Positions 10,216 to 22,383 of a stretch of 64,000 nucleotides of DNA are shown in pieces. The position numbers and the translations under genes are program-made. This DNA is from an uncultured Chloroflexia bacterium. GTDB lineage: Bacteria > Chloroflexota > Anaerolineae > B4-G1 > SLSP01. The stretch is from NCBI GenBank assembly GCA_963751345.1, contig CAVVUS010000027.1, positions 76,354 to 140,353 on the forward strand. Direction: 5' to 3'. Position 1 is the first letter of the stretch; each line of letters begins with the position of its first letter. The notes under the pieces are model-generated. The model saw only the letters and a list, made by a program, of their open reading frames with translations, did not search any database and was not told where the DNA came from.

Positions 10216-11808
10216 TTATCCATACTCTGTCTTGACACCCTTCGTCGGAAGACCGGTATCGTAGTCGCGCACCTCCGGCGCATAGCCGTCAGCAGGCCGC
10301 GGGCGGAACTCTCCACGCCACTGCAGTCTCCGGCTAGCACGCCAGGGGCGCCGCTCCCAGACCGGGCCTCGGAAGGGATCGCGCTTCTCGTACATCCACG
10401 ACAGCAATCGGTCGTGGAGCCGATTACGTACTCCGACCATTGCGGGATCATCAATCAAGTTGGTCACCTCGCCTGGGTCATCGGCAAGGTCGTATAACTC
10501 ATCACTGTAGAGCAGGTTGATGACCAGCTTATGCCGCCCCTCCACCCAACCGCGCACCGGCTGGAACCCGCCCCAGGAATCGTGTTCGATTTCATAGCGC
10601 TGGAACTCTATGGCAACGCCCCGATCGGGATCCTCCTCTCCCAGAAGCTGCGGGACCAGACTCTCGCCCTCCAGGATCGGCGGCACATCGAGCCTGGCCA
10701 GTTCGAGCATCGTCGGCAGCAGATCGATGTGGCTGACCAACGTGGCAACGCCGCCACGCCGACTTCCCTCTTCTCCAAGGTCAGGTTCGGAGAGAAGTCG
10801 AGCAAAAGGATGGGGAGGGGAAGCGCTTGACTCGGCAGTGGGCAGTTCGATGATGAGCGGGATGTGGGTAATCTCCTCATACATCACGGGGCCCTTCCCC
10901 GTGAGTTGGTGCGCACCCAGCATATCGCCATGGTCAGAGGTGAAAATCACGACGGTGTTCTCGGGTGCTAGCCGGTGGGTCGCGTCGATGACGCGCCCGA
11001 TCTCGGCGTCGACGAAACTGTTGCACCCGAAATACATAGGGTCGCGAATCGTGCCATTGCGGATTCGCCGACCGATCGCGGCAGACTCAGCCCACTCGCG
11101 CTGATGTGCAGGCTTGTCCTCCAGCGTATCGAAGGCCCCCGGGCCGAGAGGATAATCATAGTCCATGAACCTCTCGGCGTATTCGGGTGGACACGTGTAG
11201 GGGTGGTGCGGCTCGTCGTAGGAGACAACCAGCAGGAAAGGCTCACCGCCCTGACGTTGAAGGAAATCGATCGCACGGTCACCGATACGATGGGCCCAGG
11301 TGAACCCCGGCCGAATATCATGCTCACGAAGATCCGCCGGAGAGTTCAACCCCCGCCGCCACAGCGTGATCTCGTCCTGCGTCAGTTCATCCAGATAGTT
11401 CTTGCCATCGAACCAGTAGGCGGGATCCCACCCGTCAGGGCAGATCCCCGTGCCGAAATAGTCGTGCCCGTCGAGGTGCCACTTGCCGATGTAGCCGGTC
11501 CGGTACCCGCCGTCGCTGAACCGCCGTCCCATCGTGATGACGTTATCGCCCAGGGGCAGGTTATTCGTCCATGCCCCAGCCGTGTGCGGATAAATGCCCG
11601 TGAAGAGCCCGGCACGCGCCGGGGTACACAAAGGGCACGTGGTGTAGGCATGCTCGAACTTGATGCCGGTCTCGGCCAGCCGGTCGATGTTCGGCGTCCC
11701 AAGGTCTAGCGCCCTAGCAGAAGCATAGGCCCCAATCACGTTGGTGGCCTGGGTGTCGGTCATAATCAGGACGAAGTTGGGGCGCTCCCCGGCTATCCCA
11801 TTCGTCAT
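10216..11808 (-). CDS. Cys-type sulfatase, YidJ-like
   Basis: CTPARAGLFTG (CxPxR), GKWHL, DEPHHP, TSDHGD. Confidence 0.92.
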   Translation of the reverse strand: MTNGIAGERPNFVLIMTDTQATNVIGAYASARALDLGTPNIDRLAETGIKFEHAYTTCPLCTPARAGLFTGIYPHTAGAWTNNLPLGDNVITMGRRFSDGGYRTGYIGKWHLDGHDYFGTGICPDGWDPAYWFDGKNYLDELTQDEITLWRRGLNSPADLREHDIRPGFTWAHRIGDRAIDFLQRQGGEPFLLVVSYDEPHHPYTCPPEYAERFMDYDYPLGPGAFDTLEDKPAHQREWAESAAIGRRIRNGTIRDPMYFGCNSFVDAEIGRVIDATHRLAPENTVVIFTSDHGDMLGAHQLTGKGPVMYEEITHIPLIIELPTAESSASPPHPFARLLSEPDLGEEGSRRGGVATLVSHIDLLPTMLELARLDVPPILEGESLVPQLLGEEDPDRGVAIEFQRYEIEHDSWGGFQPVRGWVEGRHKLVINLLYSDELYDLADDPGEVTNLIDDPAMVGVRNRLHDRLLSWMYEKRDPFRGPVWERRPWRASRRLQWRGEFRPRPADGYAPEVRDYDTGLPTKGVKTEYG

Positions 11809-11880
11809 AGGACCTCCTTCAGTTGGCAGTACATAAACTTGGCGGCGATGGGTGTCAACATCGACACCGGCCTCGCGCGA

Positions 11881-12735
11881 TCAGGGATACTTCCTGTGCA
11901 GCGCCCGCAGATCGATGCGGCCCTCAAGGTCGTCGACGATGCGGACGTTGGCCTCCAGAATCTCAACGTCGCGCATGCCGACAAGGGCAACGTCCACCAT
12001 CGGGTTCGAGAGCACGAACTGAAGCAGTGCGGGGGTGTAGTCGAAGGTGTTGTCCGGGTTCGCCCACTGGATCCACCGCTGGAGCAGGCCCGACGTGACC
12101 GTACGCATCGTCACGACACCCATCTGCTGTGCCTCGGCGTCGAACATCGTGCCGAAGGGACGGGTCCACTCTGCCGGATGCTGATAGAGCAAGTTGTAGC
12201 AAAGTTGCATCACGTCGAAGCGCCCCGACTCGATAAAGCGATAGACCGCCGGGTTGTTGTCCTCCGTGGTGAAACCCAGGAAGCGGATCAACCCCTCGTC
12301 TCGCAGCGCTTCCATCTGTGACACCATCCCCCCTGGCGCGAGAAGGGCATCCGCCTGCTCTTTGCGATAGCTGGACCCGTGGATCTGCAGCAGATCGAGG
12401 CGATCACGCTGCAGCCGTTCGAGGCTTCCCTCGACGCTGGCCCGAACATCCGTGTCAGTCGGGACGATCTTCGTTGCCACAAAGATGCTGTCGCCCAGTC
12501 CGGCCAACGCCTCTCCGTAGATCGCCTCGCTGGCGCCCTGGCCATAGGCCGGCGCCGTGTCGAAGTAGGTGACGCCCAACTCGACGGCACGCTGGAGCGC
12601 CTGTATCACCGCGGCACGTTGTTCGCGGTCCTCCGGCGTGTAATCCGCAAGATAGTTCGCAAGCCCTGCAGGCGCACCGCCAAATCCCAACCGGCTGACG
12701 GTCACCCCGGTTCTGCCCAACTTCGTGGTTTCCAT
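11881..12735 (-). CDS. Aldo/keto reductase
   Basis: METTKLGRTGVTVSRLGFGG, YFDTAPAYG, DLLQIH; true start taken at 12735. Confidence 0.9.
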   Translation of the reverse strand: METTKLGRTGVTVSRLGFGGAPAGLANYLADYTPEDREQRAAVIQALQRAVELGVTYFDTAPAYGQGASEAIYGEALAGLGDSIFVATKIVPTDTDVRASVEGSLERLQRDRLDLLQIHGSSYRKEQADALLAPGGMVSQMEALRDEGLIRFLGFTTEDNNPAVYRFIESGRFDVMQLCYNLLYQHPAEWTRPFGTMFDAEAQQMGVVTMRTVTSGLLQRWIQWANPDNTFDYTPALLQFVLSNPMVDVALVGMRDVEILEANVRIVDDLEGRIDLRALHRKYP

Positions 12736-15270
12736 AAATGCCCTCTCTGTATCAGTCGTCCAGTCTGCTGGGCGCATCGTCCAGTCTGCTGGGCGCATCG
12801 TCCAGTCTGCTGGACGCGTGGTCCAGTCTGCTGGGCGCATCGTCCAGTCTGCTGGACGCATCGTCCAGTCTGCTGGGCACGCCAGTGGGCCTGGTCTTGG
12901 CTCAGCTCGAAGACCAGCACATCGTAGTCTACGACCCTCGGCACAGTAACCCTCCAGACCCCATCGACTTGCGCGACGGGGAGCGCGGCGCCATCGGAGA
13001 GCATGAATGCCCTCTCGACACTGCACCCGGCCTCCGCCGGCAGTTCGACGATGACGTCGTACAGCGGAACGAGCTCACGGAAGAAACGTTCCCCACCTGT
13101 CAGGTTAATCAGATGCACCATGCGCCGCGCAGAGGCCTGGGTGCGCAGCGAGACCTGCAACGTCGGCGGAGCCGTTACGCGTAGCGGCAGCACGTCGTGC
13201 GCCGCCCATCGTACGGCGTTGGCGATCAATCGCTGCAGATCCGGATAGGGCACCGTCCATGCCAAGGAACCCAGGGCACCGGAGAAGTATACCGAGCGCC
13301 CACCGCTCTCAGACTCCTTGATAATCACCAACGGGTCGCCGCCCGCCGTCGTGGAAACGTCGCGGTGCCCCATCTCAGCCTCAGATGTCGAGGCCGTGGG
13401 GTAGGAGTAACCCTCCGGGAAAACGATGAACGGGGTCGACAACGTCAAGGGCACGGATGTGCCGGGCGACGCGCGACGGTGCAGTAGTCTCCCCCCATCG
13501 GAAGCACCGACGTTCCCTCCAAGCCATCGACGAGGGGATGCTGTCGGGCGATATCCATGTAGACCTGCTTGTAGCCCTGATCTGCACTCGCCATCGACGA
13601 TCGGGTGACACCGCTGTAGCGCACCCCGAACACGTCCTCCAGAAGGAAGCCATCGCGCCGAAGGCCTTCAGCGTCGCAAAGCGACGTCTCAAACGTGGTG
13701 ACGATGTTGCCGCCGCGCCGGACATAGCCGCGGATCGCCTCAGCCTCTTCTTCGGTCATGCAGGCCAGATTTGGCAACACAAGCACAGCATAGCGGTCCA
13801 GCAACTCACCCACGGCCTCCGTTGTAGAGACAGGGCGGTCGCCCCTCGCCGGTGTGATGCCGTCGTAGAGTGGATGCTCCGTCGCCGTTGTAGAGACGGG
13901 GCGGCGCCCCGTCTGCGGCGCTAGGAGCCGCGTCGAGATGATATCGAAGGGAATATGCGCCGCGTGCAATGCTTGCTCGATTCCCCGTATCTCCCTCACG
14001 TACCGCTTCTCGGGCTCGTCCCTGCCGTAGAAGACAAGCGTATCGAGAGAGTAGACGATAGCAACGTTGGCCCCCGAGGCATCCCCTTCGTAGTAGTCGC
14101 GGTGCGTCGCAAGAAAACCGTAGAGGTCGCGAATCACATCGAAGCCACGGGGATCCTCGTGCACGGCCGGCGGGCCGCCCGACAGGTTCACCATCGGATC
14201 GGCACCGTTGGCCGCAATCTGGGCCAGATAGACTTTCTGCTCCGCGGGCGCCATCGCGCTCCGACGCCAGGGCCACGCGAGGAAGTAGGAAGCCACCACC
14301 CAGATCGGCGTGTCGGAGACCGACGTCATGAATCGCGCACTCTCGGCGGGCCAGCTCAGATACTGCCACGTGGCCGATCCGCTTCGCGTTCATTGTAGCG
14401 CGCTCGTGTCTGAACTTCCACCTGGACGGCGTCCGCGACCGCGGCCTGACTCTCGACGTCGATCGACGAACCCACCGTCCAGTCAGGATCCCCAAAGCAG
14501 ACACTGTTGCCCATAAAGGGCATGTCGGGATCTATAGCGTGGACAACCTCGCCGAGCTGATCGACCCGTTGGCGGGCATGCTCAATCCGCCAGGCAGTAT
14601 ACGTTCGCCATAGGGGGTCGGACCAGTTCACCTCTGATGGAAGCTCACGCCCGGTCTCCTCGTAGAAGCTCCGGCGGCAATTGGGACAGTAGCAAATGGA
14701 GCGAGAGAACCCGAAGCTCCCGCCCCCGAACTTCACACAGTCGAGCGGATACCGCCCCAAGATCTCCGCTACGATCTCGCGCACGGACGCCGTCTGAGGC
14801 GCGTAGTCGGTCTGATAGCCGCCCATGGGACATGCCGCATACAGGCCGGGCACGCGCTCCACGGGACGTCCGGCTGCATCCTGGGCACACCAGTCCGGAT
14901 GATCCCGCGCGGCCTGCTCCGGCACCTGGCCAAGGTCGATCATGCCCAGGGCCTTGATACCGGCGGCGTGGGCAGCCTCAACGATCTCGCCGGCAAGGTC
15001 ACGACCGCCAAGATAAGGACTCTCTCGCTGATAGGCCAGCCGGGTCGGATAGGTCGTCACGTACCCGCCGACAAAGAAGCTGAAGAACGTCGCGTGCATC
15101 GAGGCCAAATCATCGATGAAGCGCTGGACGTCAAAATCACGGCAGTCCACGTCACGGATCGTGACGTGGAATCCCCGATTCCGACGCTTGAGCCAGGCGT
15201 TGCGATCTCTGCCGGTCATGATGCCCCTCAATGAGTCTTGATCCCTGAGCCGCAGATCCCCATCCGTCAT
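12702..15270 (-). CDS. Putative glycoside hydrolase (GH42/GHL6-like TIM barrel plus class-I glutamine-amidotransferase-like trimerisation domain), split by two frameshifts
   Basis: ORFs 14356-15270 (YPT..DLAGEIVEAAHAAGIK, CYCPNC), 13445-14329 (VAIVYS, LVLPNLACM) and 12702-13454 (GRSVYF, VHLINLTG) fit one domain architecture. Confidence 0.7.
12757..12879 (+). repeat. Family B tandem array, 6 x 21 nt (last unit partial)
   Basis: (c/g)gtccagtctgctgg(g/a)cgc(a/g)t head-to-tail, no spacers. Confidence 0.97.
13819..13921 (+). repeat. Two GTAG-type REP-like units inside a CDS
   Basis: ccgttgtagagacagggcggtcgcccct (13819) and ccgttgtagagacggggcggcgccccgtct (13885); encodes RPVSTT twice. Confidence 0.75.
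14785..14802 (+). repeat. Family A, single 18-nt unit
   Basis: ggacgccgtctgaggcgc; encodes APQTAS. Confidence 0.9.
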
Positions 15271-15273
15271 CCG

Positions 15274-18560
<3,287 letters not shown>

Positions 18561-18572
18561 TTACGTACCGAT

Positions 18573-18626
18573 GTGACGGGTGACGAGTGATCGGAGACGT
18601 CACCGGTCACATCGTCACTCGTCGTC
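18573..18626. repeat. Intergenic heptamer-built hairpin
   Basis: gtgacgg gtgacga gtgatcg ... gtcacat cgtcact cgtc; related to 30842-30890, 32178-32191 and 36630-36674. Confidence 0.75.
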
Positions 18627-18630
18627 TTTC

Positions 18631-19080
18631 TCAGAAATTCTCGAGCAGCTCCAACATCACACCCAGCACCGGCTCGCTATCGACGTAGGTGTACATGCCG
18701 CCGGGATAGTGCCCCTGCTGGATCACAGGCATATTGTAATCTGCGAGGAAGTTGGTCACGTTGTCGGTACCCTTGACCTGGAAAGCGATATGGTGGACGC
18801 ACTCCCCCCTCTCGTCCAGAATCTCCTGCCACACGCTGCCTTCACCGATCGGCTCAATCAGCTCCAAGTCGACCTGGCCAAGCTTGAAGAAAGCCAGCTT
18901 GGCCTGCGCATTCGTCGGCTCGCCCCGGTATGTGGCGTCAGCATCGGGTCCGCCGGCGATGCTCACGCTGGGCTTGGGGAGGCCAAAGATCTTGCTGTAG
19001 GTCTCGATGGCCTTGTCGATGTCCTTCACCACCAACCCAATCTGCGTGACGATGTGGGTGCCCATGCCTTTTTCAGCCAT
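18631..19080 (-). CDS. VOC family protein (methylmalonyl-CoA epimerase/glyoxalase-like)
   Basis: QIGLVVKDIDKA, LELIEP, VHHIAF, MLELLE. Confidence 0.88.
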   Translation of the reverse strand: MAEKGMGTHIVTQIGLVVKDIDKAIETYSKIFGLPKPSVSIAGGPDADATYRGEPTNAQAKLAFFKLGQVDLELIEPIGEGSVWQEILDERGECVHHIAFQVKGTDNVTNFLADYNMPVIQQGHYPGGMYTYVDSEPVLGVMLELLENF

Positions 19081-19102
19081 CTCAGTCTCTCCTTCTCTTG
19101 CG

Positions 19103-20128
19103 TTACTTGATGATTTCCCTGACGGGATAGATCCCTTCATTGCGCCAGACGTCGAGAATCAGCTCATATCGATCAAGCTGCATTCCCGTATAGACACAAT
19201 TACTCGTCGAGAAAATGTAGCGTCCACCCGGCATCCCGTGCTGCAACGCGTAGCGCGCGGACGCTACAACCTCCGCGTCGGTGCCCGTGTCCATCAGGCC
19301 GCAGTTCACGTTACCGATAAGGCAGATCTCATCCCCACAAATCCGCTTCACCTCCGCAATGTCGACCCCGCCTTGGGGATCTAGAGAATGCAGCGCGTGA
19401 GGATTGGCCTGGATCAACTGGTCCAGGATTGGCATGATGTTGCCATCCGTGTGCTTGATGGCGTAGAAACCGAGATCGCGATAGCCCTGGATCAACTCAG
19501 CAAGGTAGGGCGTGACAAACTCGCTGAAGCGCGATGGGCTGAGAAAGGGACCGGTGTTGAAGCAGTAGTCAGAGCACAGCGCGAAACCATCGAGTCCTTC
19601 CACGCCCGGCGGGCGGTGACTCACCAAACCCTCGGCCCTGGCCAACGCGTGATCGACGCTTGTCTGGGCCTCGCGCTTGAGCCCCGCCGGATCATCGATC
19701 AGCCGGTAGGAGAACTCGGCCATCTGATCGCCGCCGGGGATGCTGAACGTGGCATCGCCGTGCATCATCAGGAAGTAGCGATCTCCACTCTTCTCCCGGA
19801 CCAGGTCGATCAAGCGCAGGGTCTCCTGCTCGTCGCCCGGATTGGGATGCAGAAAGATCGCGTTGTGTTCGTACCGTTCGGCGGTGGCAATATAGAGATC
19901 CGCCATATCCTCTCGGTGGAGACGACGCTCTTCCTCGCTCATCTGAACCCACTGATGATAGCTGCGATGGCTGGGATGAACCTTGCCGAACGCCTCCATC
20001 GTCAGAAAGAAGACCAACTCGAAGTGGGGCACGCGCCCGATATAGGGACGCCCCTCCAGGGCATCGATGAACTGCTCACGCGGCGTATTCGTCCCGCCGG
20101 CCATTAGCGGATTCGCTGGTTTGTCCAT
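19103..20128 (-). CDS. Uroporphyrinogen decarboxylase (URO-D/MtaA-like) family protein
   Basis: CSDYCFNTGPFLSP, KHTDGN, LIGNVNC, YIFSTSNC. Confidence 0.85.
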   Translation of the reverse strand: MDKPANPLMAGGTNTPREQFIDALEGRPYIGRVPHFELVFFLTMEAFGKVHPSHRSYHQWVQMSEEERRLHREDMADLYIATAERYEHNAIFLHPNPGDEQETLRLIDLVREKSGDRYFLMMHGDATFSIPGGDQMAEFSYRLIDDPAGLKREAQTSVDHALARAEGLVSHRPPGVEGLDGFALCSDYCFNTGPFLSPSRFSEFVTPYLAELIQGYRDLGFYAIKHTDGNIMPILDQLIQANPHALHSLDPQGGVDIAEVKRICGDEICLIGNVNCGLMDTGTDAEVVASARYALQHGMPGGRYIFSTSNCVYTGMQLDRYELILDVWRNEGIYPVREIIK

Positions 20129-21121
20129 CTACGCCAGGATATCCTCGATCGCGGCCAGTTCCTCGCCACTCAGATCGAGGTTGGCGACCACGCCGGCGCA
20201 GTCCTCGATCTGACTCACGCGGCTGGCACCGATCAGAACAGACGTCACCACAGAGTGGCGCAGTACCCATGCAAGAGCCAACTGTGCTATCGTCTGTCCC
20301 CGTGCCTCGGCGATGGCTTTGAGCTTGCGCACCTTGGCCAGTTTCTCGTCGGTGATCTGTGCGGGGCGGAGGAAACCGTGCGGGTTCGCGGCCCGTGAGT
20401 CCTCGGGGATATCCCCGCCAAGGTACTTGCTGGTCAACAACCCCTGCGCCAACGGCGAGAAGCAAATCGCGCCCATACCTGTGTCCTCAAGCGCCTCCAG
20501 CAGACCATCCTCGATCCAGCGGTTGAACATGCTGTAGGAAGGCTGGTGGATGAGGCAGGGCGTACCGAGGTCCTCGAGAATCCGGGCGGCACGCCGCGTC
20601 TGGTCCGGATTGTAGTTCGAGATGCCCGCATAGAGCGCCCGCCCACTCCGCACGGCATAATCCAGCGCACCCATCGTCTCCTCAAGCGGCGTCTCCGGAT
20701 CAGGGCGATGGCTGTAGAAGATATCAACGTACTCCATGCCCAATCGTTTCAGGCTCTGATCGAGGCTGGCAATCAGATACTTTCGTGACCCCCACTCGCC
20801 ATAGGGGCCGGGCCACATCCCGTAGCCGGCCTTTGTTGAGATAATGAGCTCATCCCTGTACGGCGCCAGGTCCTGGGCCATGACCCTGCCCAGCGTCTCC
20901 TCGGCAGAACCAGGAGGCGGGCCGTAGTTGTTGCCCAAGTCGAAGTGGGTGATACCGAGATCGAACGCACGCCGCAACATGGCGCGCGCATTCTCATAGT
21001 TATCGAACCCACCGAAATTGTGCCATAGCCCCAGCGAGACCGCCGGAAGCTTCAACCCGCTGCGCCCGCAGCGGTTGTACTGCATGCTCTCGTAACGATT
21101 CCCGTCAGCAACGAACACCAT
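20129..21121 (-). CDS. gpr: L-glyceraldehyde-3-phosphate reductase (YghZ/Gpr-type aldo/keto reductase)
   Basis: SGLKLPAVSLGLWHNFG, ITHFDLGNNYGPPPGSAE, SRKYLIASLDQSL. Confidence 0.9.
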   Translation of the reverse strand: MVFVADGNRYESMQYNRCGRSGLKLPAVSLGLWHNFGGFDNYENARAMLRRAFDLGITHFDLGNNYGPPPGSAEETLGRVMAQDLAPYRDELIISTKAGYGMWPGPYGEWGSRKYLIASLDQSLKRLGMEYVDIFYSHRPDPETPLEETMGALDYAVRSGRALYAGISNYNPDQTRRAARILEDLGTPCLIHQPSYSMFNRWIEDGLLEALEDTGMGAICFSPLAQGLLTSKYLGGDIPEDSRAANPHGFLRPAQITDEKLAKVRKLKAIAEARGQTIAQLALAWVLRHSVVTSVLIGASRVSQIEDCAGVVANLDLSGEELAAIEDILA

Positions 21122-21151
21122 ATCAACCCTCCATGTCTGTAAAATCTCTCA

Positions 21152-21252
21152 CACGTTGACACGTTTCAACGTTGGAACAGCTTGCCCTGAGCGCAGCGTA
21201 GGGGCGGAAACGTGCTAACAGCTTGCCCTGAGTATGTCTCAGGGTTCTAACG
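21152..21252. repeat. Intergenic composite hairpin repeat (ACGT-octamer family)
   Basis: acgttgacacgtttcaacgttggaacagcttgccctgagcgcagcgtaggg...acgtgctaacagcttgccctgagtatgtctcaggg. Confidence 0.9.
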
Positions 21253-22340
21253 CTGCCTCCACCTCCGGCACCCGCAGGCCGGTCAGCGCCTGCAGTCGTT
21301 CGTAAACCCGCGAGAGTGCGGGGAAGTTGTCTGCGCATCATCTCCTCGGCCCCAGCGCGCATCCCGAGCGCCTCGGCCCCTGCCGACAGCGAAATAGTCA
21401 CGCTCGCCAACCGTTTGGCGCACGCAAAGACCTCAAAGGGCTCGATATTGTGGACCTGCCGTCCGCCAGGCTGCTGGCGCCCGCCAGGCTGCTGGCGCCC
21501 GCTCATCGCTTCGTAGGTTCGCAGTATCCTCTCCCTGACCTCACCCCCCTCTTGCGACCCGACCAGGACCATCGTCCACGCCAGATCGAAGCGCGGGTCC
21601 GAGATCTCGAACTGCGTCCAGTCAATCACGACACCGGAGCCGTCGGCGCGAACCAGGATATTCTCAGGATGATAGTCCCAGTGAATAGGCGCAGCTCGCT
21701 CACACGCCATCCCATCCCGCCGGGCAAGCAGCCAATCCAGGATAGGCAAATATCCCGGCTGGCCAAATCGATCGATGTAGGCTCGCAGAAGGCCCAAGTA
21801 ATGATCCACGAAGGCATAGGGATTTTCAGGGAACGGCACCGGGAGGACGTCAGTCAAAGCTCGCCAGTCAAGCGCATGGAGCTGCACAAAGAGCCGGCAG
21901 AAGAGCTCAAACCTCGACCGCTGCTGATCCTCCGGCCCGCTGAAGGTCTCACGCCACATCCCGTGGCCATCAATGCGCTCCATAAGGATAAAGGGCTTCC
22001 CCAGCGGCGCGTCGCTCTGCTCCAACCGCAGGACGGCAGGCACAGCATAGCCCACGTCGTGCAGGCGTCGCACGGCATCGAACTCGCGCCCGGCCTTCGC
22101 GCCCGCGTCCTGGCCCGGATAGATACGAAGAACCAACGGCTCCCGGCTGCCGTTGCGTGCGAGATCGAACGCATAGACGTCGCTCTCCCAGCCGGCGCTG
22201 ATCTCACGGAAATCGACGACCTCCGCGTCCTGATATTCCGGCACGCCGCCACGCAAATAGGTCTCCAACGCCTCCGAACGCCGTCCGAGGCGCCGCAGCC
22301 GCTCAGACGTCACGGCAGCGTCATCTTCCAGCTCATTCAT
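21239..22340 (-). CDS. Aminoglycoside-phosphotransferase-like (APH family) kinase; C-terminal frameshift near 21322
   Basis: IHWDYHPENILV, VIDWT; removing one base in the G-run at ~21320 gives LPALSRVYERLQALTG...ALEP-stop. Confidence 0.8.
21463..21498 (+). repeat. Family B variant, 2 x 18 nt in frame
   Basis: ccgccaggctgctggcgc x2; encodes RQQPGG x2. Confidence 0.9.
22276..22293 (+). repeat. Family A, single unit read in the third frame
   Basis: gaacgccgtccgaggcgc; encodes RLGRRS. Confidence 0.85.
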
Positions 22341-22383
22341 GTCTCGATCCCGTTCCGCATTCGGATGTGCACACAATCTTGCG

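Noticed and set aside
12757-12879. Possible CRISPR array
   Set aside because: Head-to-tail 21-nt units without unique spacers, and no cas genes in the window
12736-13026. Repeat-rich N-terminal extension of the aldo/keto reductase
   Set aside because: The family-typical start METTKLG at 12735 has an upstream GAGAGG; the extension overlaps the previous gene
21123-21238. Extended C-terminus of the APH kinase through the intergenic repeat
   Set aside because: Better explained by one extra base near 21322; the corrected frame stops at 21239
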